DNA from: Cenarchaeum sp.
GTDB taxonomy: Archaea > Thermoproteota > Nitrososphaeria > Nitrososphaerales > Nitrosopumilaceae
Assembly (NCBI GenBank): GCA_963692915.1
Contig: OY843584.1
Span: forward strand, 224,001 to 288,000
DNA length: 64,000 nucleotides
Direction of reading: 5' to 3'
The notes below the pieces were generated by a model. It searched no databases and had not been told where the DNA came from. It worked only from the letters and a program-made list of their open reading frames with translations. This document shows, in pieces, positions 28,234 through 38,022 of this stretch. Numbering within the stretch: position 1 is the first letter of the stretch; every line of letters starts with the position of its first letter. A program made the translations under genes and the position numbers.

Positions 28234-31200
28234 TTGACAAGTTCATGGATTGCCCTGATGGCCGTGCTTGTTGCACTGGCCGCCGTCGCGCTTGTGGCGC
28301 CGGCTGAGGCCGCGGTTCTGACGCTCACGGCTGATGAGACTTCGTATGCGGCCGGCTCGTCGATGACACTGAGCGGAACAAGCAACCAGCCCAGGGAACT
28401 AATCCAGCTAAGGATCGTGTCGCCGGACAACACCACTATTGACTGCAACAGTGTTGACTATTGTGCCGGCGATACCTCAAAAAGAGACAAGACGTTTGAG
28501 TTTGCCACGATCCCTGTAGATGACGCGTTTAGTGCTGCAGGGACGTATAGGATATTGGCACATTCAGGTGCACAACACGAGGACGACGCAAAGGCGCTCC
28601 TTGTCAGCAAGTCTGGCAGCACGGTGACGGTTCTCGGCGGAGTGCTTGAAATAGAGAACATCTCGCGCCGATCCGCCACCGCGTTCTCTGAAATGACGTT
28701 TAACGCACAGGTCAAAGGATCCGATGATGGCGTCACGTTCTCACTAAAAGCTCCAGTGCTAGACGGCACACGCATCACCGAGGCAGGCAAATTTACTTGG
28801 ACGCCAATCACATCCGAGGTGCAGTCTAGGCCACACGAGGTCACCATAGTCGCGGCGGGTCGTGGGCAGACTGCAGAAAAAACCGTCGAGATTCTGGTGA
28901 GCGCGTATCGGGCACCATCAGGAACTGGCGTAACGTCAGTTATCACGGACGAGACCACGTACACAAACACCGACTCGATCATGTTTTCTGGTAGGATTGA
29001 GGGGAGCTCAAGTAACACCATAGTGCGGCTCGGCATCACGCCTCCAACCGCATCTGGCTCGCCAGGAACCCAAGCCGTGGTTGTGCTTTCCACCACCACC
29101 GCATCTGGTGGCACATTTACGATGCCGTCACAGGCAGTAAACTTGGTGTTTGATCCTGATACTCTTGGGGAATACGTTGTAAGGGCGTACACGGTCGAGC
29201 AAACGGTCGACAACGCGCACACATCATATTTCACATACAGCAACAACAGGGCCGAGTTCACCGGCACGCGCTTTGCGCTAGCGGACATACCGCGACAGGA
29301 GACATTTGCCGGCTCGAGGGTCGCGTTTCTCGTAACGCCCTCTGACTCCTCGCTCGGCAACGTCGACTATAGCCTGACAACAAAGCCATCAGGCGCCAGA
29401 ATCGACAACGATGGCGTGTTCACGTGGACTCCGAGCGAGTCTGATGCGGGAAGCGGCACATCTGCCGAGGAGCACCCCGTAACGATCAGAGCCGAGGTGG
29501 GCTCGGGAGACACCGAGCAGACCGCGACAAAGAACGTCATTATAGCCGTCAAGGCAGCCCCTGCCAACGCGCCTGCCCCGACCACACAGGGAGGCGGGAG
29601 CCAGGAGCCTGCAACGCCGCCGTCGGGAACGAGTCCGGACACAGAGTCGCGCGTGCTGACCATCAAGACTGATGCCGTCTCGTATGACAAGGACGACAGG
29701 ATCACGTTCAGCGGAACCACAGAGGGTGCTGCTACCCGGGAGATCGTGACTATCGCGATAAAGCCGCCAAGCGGAAACACCAAGATTCGCAGCGGGCTCT
29801 CCACGGCGACTAACACGTTCACAATCTCGCCAATAGACGTCAGGGACGCATTCAAGCGGGCCGGCGTGTACACCATACAGGCGTTCACAAACGACCAGGG
29901 CGCCGCCAACGCCGCCACCCTGCAGATGGAGTACGGAAACGAGCGCGCGAGCATAAAGTTTGAGAGCCCGCTGGTGATCGCCTCCATACCCAACCAGTCC
30001 GTCGAGGTTGGCTCGAGGCTCAAGTTTACGGCGGCTCCGACAGAATCGTCGTATACAGGCCTCACATGGACCCTTGGGGGCATAGCGCTAGACGGCGCGA
30101 CGATCAGCGACCGTGGGGTCTTTGAGTGGACTCCGCAAACGCTGCGCAACGCGCAGGGTGAGTCATTCCAGATCAGGGTGATGGCAACAGACGGGCAACA
30201 GTCCACCGGCACGACTGTCATGATTGCCGTGACGCCAAAGGCTGCGGCGCCCGAGCCGACACCGCCGACCACTGCGCCAACGCCTGCCCCCACACCGACG
30301 CCAACGCCGACTGCTCCAGAGCCTGCACCGGCACCTGACCCGCTTGCGGCAAAGCGCGCACAGTTCCTCACCACGGTTCAGGGAGCCACGCCACAGTCGC
30401 TCATAGACCGCTACGAGAACGATGCGGGATACAAGACATGGTATGACGGCAACTTTGCCGGCCTTGACATCCGCGAGGCGCTGGGAGTCACGTTGGCCAC
30501 ACCGCCACCTGCAGGCCCGGACTCAACGTTCGTCCCCTACATGACGCAGGGCGACGACCCGCAGGTCTACGTCGACAGGTACGCCTCGGACGCCGCGTAC
30601 AAGGCGTGGTTTGACTCGTCGTTCCCCGACCTCACGATACAGCAGGCAGCCGGCCTTGCCGTGGCCGCGCCGGCACCCGCGGCACCCGCACCACCTGCTG
30701 CACCCGCGGCACCCGCCCCGCTCCCAGACCCTGATCCGGATCCAAAGTTCGTCCCCTACATGACGCAGGGCGACGACCCGCAGGTCTACGTCGACAGGTA
30801 CGCCTCGGATCCCGCGTACAAGGCGTGGTTTGACACGTCGTTCCCAGACCTTACGATACAGCAGGCAGCCGGCCTTGCCGTGGCCGCGCCGGCACCCGCG
30901 GCACCCGCACCACCTGCTGCACCCGCGGCACCCGCCCCGCTCCCAGACCCTGATCCGGATCCAAAGTTCGTCCCCTACATGACGCAGGGCGACGACCCGC
31001 AGGTCTACGTCGACAGGTACGCCTCGGATCCCGCGTACAAGGCGTGGTTTGACACGTCGTTCCCAGACCTCACGATACAGCAGGCAGCCGGCCTTGCCGT
31101 AGCCGCGCCGGCACCTGCGGCACCGGCTGCACCAGCGGCTCCCGCCCCGCTTCCGGACCCTGATCCGGATCCAAAGTTCGTCTCCTACATGACGCAGGGC

Positions 31201-32010
31201 GACGACCCGCAGGTCTATGTCGGCAGATACTTTTCAGACCCCGCCTACAAGGCGTGGTTTGACACGTCGTTCCCAGACCTCACGATACAGCAGGCAGCCG
31301 GACTGGCTGCAGACGTGCCGATTATGCTGGCCGCTGCCCCGCAGCCCGACCCCGACCCCTCGTTTGTCCCCTATATGACTGCCGGTGACGATCCGGCAAC
31401 ATATGTCGAGCGCTACAACACGGATACGACATACAGTGAGTGGTTTGACTCGGCGTTCCCCGACCTCACGATAGAGCAGGCGACCGGATACGTAAAGCCT
31501 GCTTCCATCTCATGTGCGCCGGGCACCGAGATGATCGACGGCAAGTGCGCGCCAATAAAGTCATCGCCGGTTCCGGCTCCGGCCGTGGGCGGCTGCCTCA
31601 TAGCGACTGCTGCGTACGGGACGGAGCTTGCGCCACATGTCCAGGCACTGCGCGAGGTTCGCGACTCGACGCTCCTGACGACTGCGTCAGGCACGTCGTT
31701 CATGTCGGCGTTCAACGGCATCTATTACACGTTCTCGCCGACAGTTGCGGACTGGGAGAGGCAGAGCCCCGAGCTGCGCGCAGCAGTCCGCGCGGCGATC
31801 ACGCCGATGGTCATGTCACTCTCGATAATGTCGATGGCTCCCGACGGCTCGGAGTCTGGCGTCCTGGCCCTCGGCCTGGCCGTCATTGCGCTAAACGTCG
31901 GCATGTACGTCGCCGCGCCGGCCGGCGTGGCCCTGGCGGCACGATCCGCAATCCTCCGTCGAAAGGGGGTTTTGGTGCGGAAGGTGGGATTCGAACCCAC
32001 GTACCCCTAA
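28234..32010 (+). CDS. Large surface protein: Ig/cadherin-like domains, Pro-rich linkers, tandem 'YxDRY...YKAWFD...FPDLTI' repeats, CFI-box-CTERM
   Basis: Signal peptide; three G.F.WTP Ig-like units; six repeat modules; GGCLIATAAYG tail with TM helix. Confidence 0.88.
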   Translation: MTSSWIALMAVLVALAAVALVAPAEAAVLTLTADETSYAAGSSMTLSGTSNQPRELIQLRIVSPDNTTIDCNSVDYCAGDTSKRDKTFEFATIPVDDAFSAAGTYRILAHSGAQHEDDAKALLVSKSGSTVTVLGGVLEIENISRRSATAFSEMTFNAQVKGSDDGVTFSLKAPVLDGTRITEAGKFTWTPITSEVQSRPHEVTIVAAGRGQTAEKTVEILVSAYRAPSGTGVTSVITDETTYTNTDSIMFSGRIEGSSSNTIVRLGITPPTASGSPGTQAVVVLSTTTASGGTFTMPSQAVNLVFDPDTLGEYVVRAYTVEQTVDNAHTSYFTYSNNRAEFTGTRFALADIPRQETFAGSRVAFLVTPSDSSLGNVDYSLTTKPSGARIDNDGVFTWTPSESDAGSGTSAEEHPVTIRAEVGSGDTEQTATKNVIIAVKAAPANAPAPTTQGGGSQEPATPPSGTSPDTESRVLTIKTDAVSYDKDDRITFSGTTEGAATREIVTIAIKPPSGNTKIRSGLSTATNTFTISPIDVRDAFKRAGVYTIQAFTNDQGAANAATLQMEYGNERASIKFESPLVIASIPNQSVEVGSRLKFTAAPTESSYTGLTWTLGGIALDGATISDRGVFEWTPQTLRNAQGESFQIRVMATDGQQSTGTTVMIAVTPKAAAPEPTPPTTAPTPAPTPTPTPTAPEPAPAPDPLAAKRAQFLTTVQGATPQSLIDRYENDAGYKTWYDGNFAGLDIREALGVTLATPPPAGPDSTFVPYMTQGDDPQVYVDRYASDAAYKAWFDSSFPDLTIQQAAGLAVAAPAPAAPAPPAAPAAPAPLPDPDPDPKFVPYMTQGDDPQVYVDRYASDPAYKAWFDTSFPDLTIQQAAGLAVAAPAPAAPAPPAAPAAPAPLPDPDPDPKFVPYMTQGDDPQVYVDRYASDPAYKAWFDTSFPDLTIQQAAGLAVAAPAPAAPAAPAAPAPLPDPDPDPKFVSYMTQGDDPQVYVGRYFSDPAYKAWFDTSFPDLTIQQAAGLAADVPIMLAAAPQPDPDPSFVPYMTAGDDPATYVERYNTDTTYSEWFDSAFPDLTIEQATGYVKPASISCAPGTEMIDGKCAPIKSSPVPAPAVGGCLIATAAYGTELAPHVQALREVRDSTLLTTASGTSFMSAFNGIYYTFSPTVADWERQSPELRAAVRAAITPMVMSLSIMSMAPDGSESGVLALGLAVIALNVGMYVAAPAGVALAARSAILRRKGVLVRKVGFEPTYP
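30528..31300. repeat. Intragenic tandem repeat, units at 30528, 30747, 30966, 31176 (219, 219, 210 bp periods)
   Basis: Near-identical nucleotide copies, with more diverged copies at about 30360 and 31362. Confidence 0.92.
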
Positions 32011-32060
32011 GAGACAGGGACCTAAACCCTGCGCCGTTGACCTGGCTTGGCGACTCCCGC
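31973..32060 (-). tRNA. tRNA-Leu(TAG), CCA encoded
   Basis: Reverse complement GCGGGAG...CAGGG-TT-TAG-GT-CCCTG, long variable arm, GGTTCGAATCC...CTTCCGC-ACCA. Confidence 0.95.
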
Positions 32061-32110
32061 GCCCACGCGTGCGCAAAACACAAATTTATCTATATTGGGC
32101 ACGCCGCTTC

Positions 32111-33448
32111 ATGGGCCTCTTTGGCACCAACGGCGTGCGCGGGATTCTCGGCGAGGGCCTGACCCTGGGCGATATCCACGATATCGCCATGTCGATGGCG
32201 ACCCACATCGGGCGCGGCCCTGTCCTAGTTGGCCGTGACGGGCGCGACACGAGCGGGCCCATATCCTCGATGGTCCTCTCGTCTCTTCGCTATGCGGGCA
32301 TTGCGTGCGCCGATGCCGGCCTTGTCCCGACGCCATGCCTGCAGCTTGCAGTCAGGAACCTTGGATATGCCGGCGGGATCATGGCAACTGCGTCACACAA
32401 CCCGCCCGAGTATGGCGGGCTAAAGCTGGTCTGGCATGACGGCATAGAGGCCTCACGCGATGACGAGGCCGCCGTTGAGCGCATCTATCGCGCGCGCTCA
32501 TGGCGTGCGGCCTCGACATGGGGTGCTGCGTCTGTCGAGGGTCGCGCGCTTGAGACATACCGGCGCGGCATCGCGTCGATGGTCGACACTGCGGCGATCG
32601 CGCGCTCTGGACTGCGCATTGCGCTCGACCTTGGAAACGGCGCACAGGCAGCCGCCGCCAGGGACGTGCTGTCTGGCCTGTGTGACAATGTGGCCTGCGT
32701 CAATGATGAGATTGACCCAAACTTTTCTGGGCGCGGTCCGGAACCGCGACCTGACAACCTGTCGTCCCTGTCAGATGCGGTTCGCGACTCTGGTGCTGAC
32801 ATTGGAGTGGCGTTTGACGGGGACGGTGACCGAAGCATGATGTGCGACGAGCGCGGCAACATTCTAAGCGGTGACACGTCGGCACTCTTTCTCGTAACTC
32901 ATCTCCTGCAACGCAACGAGTCATCTGAGATTGTCACACCGATAAACTCTGGTGACGCGATAGAGGAGATTGCCAAAAATTCCCACTCGCGCGTGATCCG
33001 AACCGGTGTCGGCAGCGTGACAGTCTCGCGCGAGATGGCACGCCGCGGCGCACTCGCCGGCTTTGAGGAGAATGGCGGATTCATGTACGGTCCACACCTT
33101 CCGGTTCGCGACGGCTGCATGGCCGCAGCACTTGCGCTCGAGGCCCTCGCCGAGTCAGCACCACTCTCCTCGGCAGTCGCTGCGCTCCCAAAGTCGTTCA
33201 CCGCCAAGACGAGCGTGCGCTGTCCACCGGATCGCGCAGGGTCGGCACTTGCGGCCATCAAGGCTGCGCACCCCGATGCGGACACGCGCGACGGCGTAAA
33301 GGTTCGCCTGGGCCACCGACGCTGGGTCATGGCACGCCGCAGCGGAACCGAGCCCATCGTGCGCATATACGCCGAGTCTGACTCGTCATCTGGCCTCGAG
33401 GAGCTCCTAGCTAGGTACTCGGCAATGGTTGCTGACTCGCTCGGATAG
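32111..33448 (+). CDS. Phosphomannomutase/phosphoglucosamine mutase (alpha-D-phosphohexomutase)
   Basis: FGTNGVRG, TASHNP, FDGDGDR, GFEENGG, RSGTEP. Confidence 0.93.
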   Translation: MGLFGTNGVRGILGEGLTLGDIHDIAMSMATHIGRGPVLVGRDGRDTSGPISSMVLSSLRYAGIACADAGLVPTPCLQLAVRNLGYAGGIMATASHNPPEYGGLKLVWHDGIEASRDDEAAVERIYRARSWRAASTWGAASVEGRALETYRRGIASMVDTAAIARSGLRIALDLGNGAQAAAARDVLSGLCDNVACVNDEIDPNFSGRGPEPRPDNLSSLSDAVRDSGADIGVAFDGDGDRSMMCDERGNILSGDTSALFLVTHLLQRNESSEIVTPINSGDAIEEIAKNSHSRVIRTGVGSVTVSREMARRGALAGFEENGGFMYGPHLPVRDGCMAAALALEALAESAPLSSAVAALPKSFTAKTSVRCPPDRAGSALAAIKAAHPDADTRDGVKVRLGHRRWVMARRSGTEPIVRIYAESDSSSGLEELLARYSAMVADSLG

Positions 33449-33589
33449 TGGCCGCCACAGTCGACGGGGTCGGCTGGTGGGGATGCGACTTTTGGGGCTC
33501 GCACGTGCCCTGTCGCATGGCGTGCTGCGCCTCCGGAATGCGCCTGAATGGGAATAAAGGGTTAAATGATCTGCTGATGCCCTCGTGCC

Positions 33590-33730
33590 TAGGCAGGACG
33601 TATACAGTTACCCCTGCTTAGGGTTCGGCAGCCCCGCGTTGGGGGGGCTGTCCTACCTGCTCATATCAGGTGGATTTGTGAGCTCCTCGGGTCTCTCCGG
33701 GGCGCATGGCCAACTATGACCCAGCCAACA
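33590..33730 (+). ncRNA. Candidate structured RNA or leader upstream of rpl7ae
   Basis: GGGTTAAAT box at 33559-33567; hairpins GGCAGCCCC/GGGGCTGTC, GCTCATA/TGTGAGC, CTCGG/CCGGG; no long ORF. Confidence 0.45.
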
Positions 33731-33767
33731 CTTTTAACCCCTCTAGCGCGCCCGTGCGCTCGGTAAA

Positions 33768-34154
33768 ATGGCAAAGTCATACTATGTCAAGTTCGAAACG
33801 CCCTCAAACCTCGTGAGCCCAATCCTCGAGGCCGTAAAGGCATCGGCTCAGACGGGCAAGGTCAAAAAGGGCACCAACGAGGTCACAAAGGCCATCGAGC
33901 GCGGCCAGAGCAAGCTCGTCATAGTCGCCGAGGACGTCGAGCCCCCAGAGGTCGTCGCGCACCTCCCGATACTCTGCGAGGAGCAGGGCGCGCACTATGC
34001 GTTCGTGCCCTCAAAGCAGGATCTTGGCAAGGCCCTCGGCATAGACATCATCGCAGCCGCTGCGGCAATAATCGATCCGGGCGAGTCAAAGCAGATAGTC
34101 GAGCAGGTCATAGAGTCAATCACTGGCCTAAAGGGCGGCAGTGATTCCAAATGA
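33768..34154 (+). CDS. rpl7ae: 50S ribosomal protein L7Ae
   Basis: [27 protein letters not shown]. Confidence 0.97.
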   Translation: MAKSYYVKFETPSNLVSPILEAVKASAQTGKVKKGTNEVTKAIERGQSKLVIVAEDVEPPEVVAHLPILCEEQGAHYAFVPSKQDLGKALGIDIIAAAAAIIDPGESKQIVEQVIESITGLKGGSDSK

Positions 34155-34372
34155 AGGCAGTCACCTCCACTGATGACTCGATAACTCCAGCAGAGGTGAT
34201 CCAGATCGTGGGCCGGACCGGCATCGCCGGCGAGGTCATACAGGTTCGCGTAAAGATACTTGGCGGGAACGACCAGGGTCGCATTCTCACGCGCAACATA
34301 AAGGGGTCTGTGCGCATGGGCGACACGCTCATGCTGCGCGAGACAGAGCGCGAGGCCAAGAAGATAAAGTAG
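34151..34372 (+). CDS. rps28e: 30S ribosomal protein S28e
   Basis: [25 protein letters not shown]. Confidence 0.96.
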   Translation: MKAVTSTDDSITPAEVIQIVGRTGIAGEVIQVRVKILGGNDQGRILTRNIKGSVRMGDTLMLRETEREAKKIK

Positions 34373-34376
34373 GTGA

Positions 34377-34583
34377 ATGCCGTTGAGCCTTCTAGTCAAG
34401 CCATGCAGCTTTTGCAACCGTCCGGTGGCCAAGGGGTCAGGAACGATGCTCGTAAAGAATGACGGGACTGTCCTGTGGCTCTGCTCCTCAAAATGCCGCA
34501 AGAACATGCTTGTGCTAAAGCGTGATCCTCGCAAGCTAAAGTGGACAAAAAAGTACGTAAAGGGAGGGATACGCCGTAGTTGA
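34377..34583 (+). CDS. rpl24e: 50S ribosomal protein L24e
   Basis: CSFC...G.M.V..DG...CSSKC...RKLKWT. Confidence 0.96.
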   Translation: MPLSLLVKPCSFCNRPVAKGSGTMLVKNDGTVLWLCSSKCRKNMLVLKRDPRKLKWTKKYVKGGIRRS

Positions 34584-34984
34584 GCAGCGGGCGCACGCTC
34601 ATTGTGATAAAGCCTGATGGAGTCAAGAGGGGACTAGTCGGCAGAGTGCTGGCGCGCTTTGAGCAAAAGGGCTTTGCGATTGCCGAGCTTCGCATGCTCC
34701 AGTTTTCAGAAGACCAGGCAAAAGAGTTCTATTCACCGCACAGCTCAAAGCACTTTTTTGGCGAGCTCGTGTCGTTTGTGACGTCGGGCCGCGTTGTGGC
34801 GGCAATACTCGAGGGCAACGACGCCATAGCGGCGACGCGCCTCATGATCGGCGCGACAAAGTCATCTGAGGCGGCCCCCGGCTCGGTCAGGGGCGACTTT
34901 GGCCTCGGCTTTACTGATAATATCATACACGCCTCGGATTCAGAGCCGAGCTTTGACAGAGAGTCTCGTGTGGTGTTTGGGTGA
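34580..34984 (+). CDS. ndk: Nucleoside-diphosphate kinase
   Basis: [22 protein letters not shown]. Confidence 0.96.
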   Translation: MSSGRTLIVIKPDGVKRGLVGRVLARFEQKGFAIAELRMLQFSEDQAKEFYSPHSSKHFFGELVSFVTSGRVVAAILEGNDAIAATRLMIGATKSSEAAPGSVRGDFGLGFTDNIIHASDSEPSFDRESRVVFG

Positions 34985-34990
34985 TCGGCC

Positions 34991-36772
34991 ATGCGCGTTC
35001 GGCAGCCAATCGTGGCCGTCCTTGGCCATGTAGACTCGGGCAAGACGTCCCTGCTTGACACGGTTCGCGGCACGGGCGTGCAGGGCCGCGAGGCCGGCGG
35101 CATCACGCAGCACATAGGCGCGAGCTTTTTGCCGGCCGAGACGCTTCGCGAGTCATGCGGCTCGCTGTATGGCCGGCTAGAGTCATCTGACTTTCAGGTG
35201 CCCGGCCTGCTCGTCATCGACACGCCGGGCCACGAGGTCTTTCGCAACCTGCGCACGCGCGGGGGCTCGGCTGCTGACATTGCGATCCTCGTAGTGGACG
35301 CCAACAAGGGCTTTCAGATGCAGACCAATGAGAGCCTCGACATACTGCGCAGGCGCGGCGTGCCCTTTGTGGTCGCGCTAAACAAGGTAGACGCGCTAGG
35401 CGGATGGCGAAACACAGAGACCGAGTCGATAACCGAGTCGCTAAAGGCACAGGGCGAGTCGATGCGCGCGACGCTTGATGAAAAGATATACGCAGTAGTC
35501 GGCTCGCTCTCGGTGCTGGGATACGAGTCAGAAGCGTTCTGGCGCGTCGGGGACTTTAAGCGGCAGGTCGCCATAGTTCCGGTCTCGGCGCGCACGCGAG
35601 TCGGCATACCGGAGCTCCTCACGGTTCTCGTGGGCCTTGCGCAACAGTACCTCCAAAAGCGCCTCGAGCAGTCATCAAAAGAGTCCCATGGGATCGTCCT
35701 TGAGGTCAATGACGAGCCCGGCCTCGGCGAGACGGCCAACGTCATGCTAATTGACGGCTCGCTTGGAATGGGCGACACGGTAATTGCCGCGACGCGCGAC
35801 TCGGCCATATCCACGCGCCCGCGCGCAATACTCCTGCCGAAACCGCTCGACGAGATGCGCGACCCGCGCGACCGCTTTCTTCCAGTCGAGCGAGTCGATG
35901 CCGCTGCCGGAGTAAAGATAGCCTCACCCGGACTTGCCGGCGTCCTGCCGGGCAGCACAATGTATGTTGCATCTGATGACGCCGCAATTGAGCGGCACAA
36001 GTCAGCCATCATCTCGGAGATAGGCTCGGTCTTTATCGACACAAAGACCACTGGCGTGATTGTAAAGTGCGACACGATAGGCTCCCTTGAGGCGCTGACT
36101 GAGATGATCTCCTCGGGCGCCACGGCAGTATCCAAGGCAGACATTGGGGCAGTCACAAAGCGCGATGTCGCCGAGGCCCGCGCGATCAAGGAGCGCGACA
36201 GGCACCTTGGCGTCATACTCGCGTTCAACGTCAAGGTTCTGCCTGATGCGCGCGAGGAGGCCGCAGTCCACCATGTGCGCATATTTGAGAACCGCGTGAT
36301 ATACGAGCTAGTCGACTCGTACACGCGGTGGGTCGGCGAGGACTCGGCCAACATTGAGGATGCGATATTCTCCGAGATCACGCCAATCTCGCGCTTTACG
36401 TTCCTTGAAGGGTGCGCGTTTCGCAACAGCGGACCGGCCGTCTTTGGTGTGCGCGTCGATGTCGGCACGCTGCGCCAAAAGGTCCAGTTTATGGATCCCA
36501 CGGGGAGGCGCGTGGGCACGATACACCAGCTCCAGCGCGACAAAAAGCCCGTGGATTCGGCGCGCGCCGGCGAGGAGCTCGCATGCTCGGTCAATGGCGT
36601 GACTATCGGGCGGCAGCTCATAGAGGGCACGACATACTATACGCTGCCGACATCCTCTGAGGCAAAAAAGCTCCTCGCTGCATTCCTGCACCGCCTGTCG
36701 AGTGACGAAAAGACCGCACTCAACGAGGTCGTCGAGGCGCAGCGCGCGCGTGATGCAGCATACGCGTACTAG
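34991..36772 (+). CDS. infB: Translation initiation factor aIF5B (IF-2)
   Basis: [26 protein letters not shown]. Confidence 0.97.
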   Translation: MRVRQPIVAVLGHVDSGKTSLLDTVRGTGVQGREAGGITQHIGASFLPAETLRESCGSLYGRLESSDFQVPGLLVIDTPGHEVFRNLRTRGGSAADIAILVVDANKGFQMQTNESLDILRRRGVPFVVALNKVDALGGWRNTETESITESLKAQGESMRATLDEKIYAVVGSLSVLGYESEAFWRVGDFKRQVAIVPVSARTRVGIPELLTVLVGLAQQYLQKRLEQSSKESHGIVLEVNDEPGLGETANVMLIDGSLGMGDTVIAATRDSAISTRPRAILLPKPLDEMRDPRDRFLPVERVDAAAGVKIASPGLAGVLPGSTMYVASDDAAIERHKSAIISEIGSVFIDTKTTGVIVKCDTIGSLEALTEMISSGATAVSKADIGAVTKRDVAEARAIKERDRHLGVILAFNVKVLPDAREEAAVHHVRIFENRVIYELVDSYTRWVGEDSANIEDAIFSEITPISRFTFLEGCAFRNSGPAVFGVRVDVGTLRQKVQFMDPTGRRVGTIHQLQRDKKPVDSARAGEELACSVNGVTIGRQLIEGTTYYTLPTSSEAKKLLAAFLHRLSSDEKTALNEVVEAQRARDAAYAY

Positions 36773-37167
36773 GTGACACGCGCGGCGAGCCCACGCAAGC
36801 CGGCCGCACCGATCGCCCCGACTGCGCGCGTGACCTCGCGGCCCTTTGAGAACGCGATGAACGTGGGTATCGACTGGACGCCAAGGCGCTGCGCGACGGG
36901 CTGGCAAGAGTCGATATTGACGCGCGCGACTCGTACGCGGCCGGCGAGCTCGGAAGCAATGGCCTCCACTGTAGGATGCATTGACCTGCACGGGCCGCAC
37001 CACTCTGCCCAAAAGTCCACAATGACAGGAAGCTCGCCGTTTATTGCCGCATCAAATGAGGCTGCGTCAAGCTCGACAACACCGGCCGGCTCGGGAGGCC
37101 TGGATGCCTCCTCGACCATCCTGCGCATCTTTTGTCGCATGATCGCCTCGACCTCGGGGTCTTCCAT
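36769..37167 (-). CDS. trxA: Thioredoxin
   Basis: DFWAEWCGPC, SIPT. Confidence 0.93.
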   Translation of the reverse strand: MEDPEVEAIMRQKMRRMVEEASRPPEPAGVVELDAASFDAAINGELPVIVDFWAEWCGPCRSMHPTVEAIASELAGRVRVARVNIDSCQPVAQRLGVQSIPTFIAFSKGREVTRAVGAIGAAGLRGLAARVT

Positions 37168-37266
37168 GTTGCGCACTGGATGGCGGGTCGTATTTAACGC
37201 ATGGCCGCCTGCCATGCCGTGTCGCATCAAGAAGGCTTATGACGAGTGCCGCGCCAACTGCACCCC

Positions 37267-38022
37267 ATGATCGAGGACTCGTGGCTCGTCCTGCTCGGCC
37301 TTGCAGCTGGCATGGTCGGCTCTATGGTCGGCCTTGGGGGAGGCCTCATTGTGACGCCGGTTCTAGTCTCGGCTGGATTTGCGCCGGCAGTGGCTGCGGC
37401 CAACAGCCTCTTTGTCTCGCTTGGCAACGCGGCGGCCTCGACTGTGTCGTACTGGAGGCAGGGGCGGGTTCGCACCCGTGCCCTCTTTCGCATCACCGTT
37501 GCTGCCGTGCCGGGCACGGCCGTCGGCGCACTTGCGGCTGATGCGATACTCCCGTCGGCTTTCAAGGCGCTCCTTGCGGTCCTTCTCATCGCGTGCATCG
37601 TCTACATGATGACGCGCCAGCGCGTCATGAGCTCAGATACGCCACCTGCAGCTCCATTTGCGCTACTTGGGATGTCTGCGAGCTTTTTTGCAGGCGTCAT
37701 GTCGAGCTTTTTTGGCATCGGCGGGGGCATCATATTCGTCCCACTCCTTCTGGCGATCCTTGGGCTGACGATGCGCGATGCAGTCGCGACGTCGCAGGCG
37801 ATACTGATTCCAGTCTCGTTTGCCGGCGTCATCTCGCACACGATCCTGGGCCACACGGACTATTACCAGGCAATGCTCCTGATGGCCGGCGCAATGGCTG
37901 GCGGGTACATTGGCGCGCGCATGTCAGCGCGCGCGCAGGATCGCCCGCTCCGCATACTCGCTTCTGTAATCATGGGACTCGCGGCAATAAAGCTCGCACT
38001 CGACTCGGTGAGCGAGGCCTAG
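37267..38022 (+). CDS. TauE/SafE family sulfite exporter
   Basis: Duplicated G.GGG...P motifs, multi-TM. Confidence 0.9.
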   Translation: MIEDSWLVLLGLAAGMVGSMVGLGGGLIVTPVLVSAGFAPAVAAANSLFVSLGNAAASTVSYWRQGRVRTRALFRITVAAVPGTAVGALAADAILPSAFKALLAVLLIACIVYMMTRQRVMSSDTPPAAPFALLGMSASFFAGVMSSFFGIGGGIIFVPLLLAILGLTMRDAVATSQAILIPVSFAGVISHTILGHTDYYQAMLLMAGAMAGGYIGARMSARAQDRPLRILASVIMGLAAIKLALDSVSEA

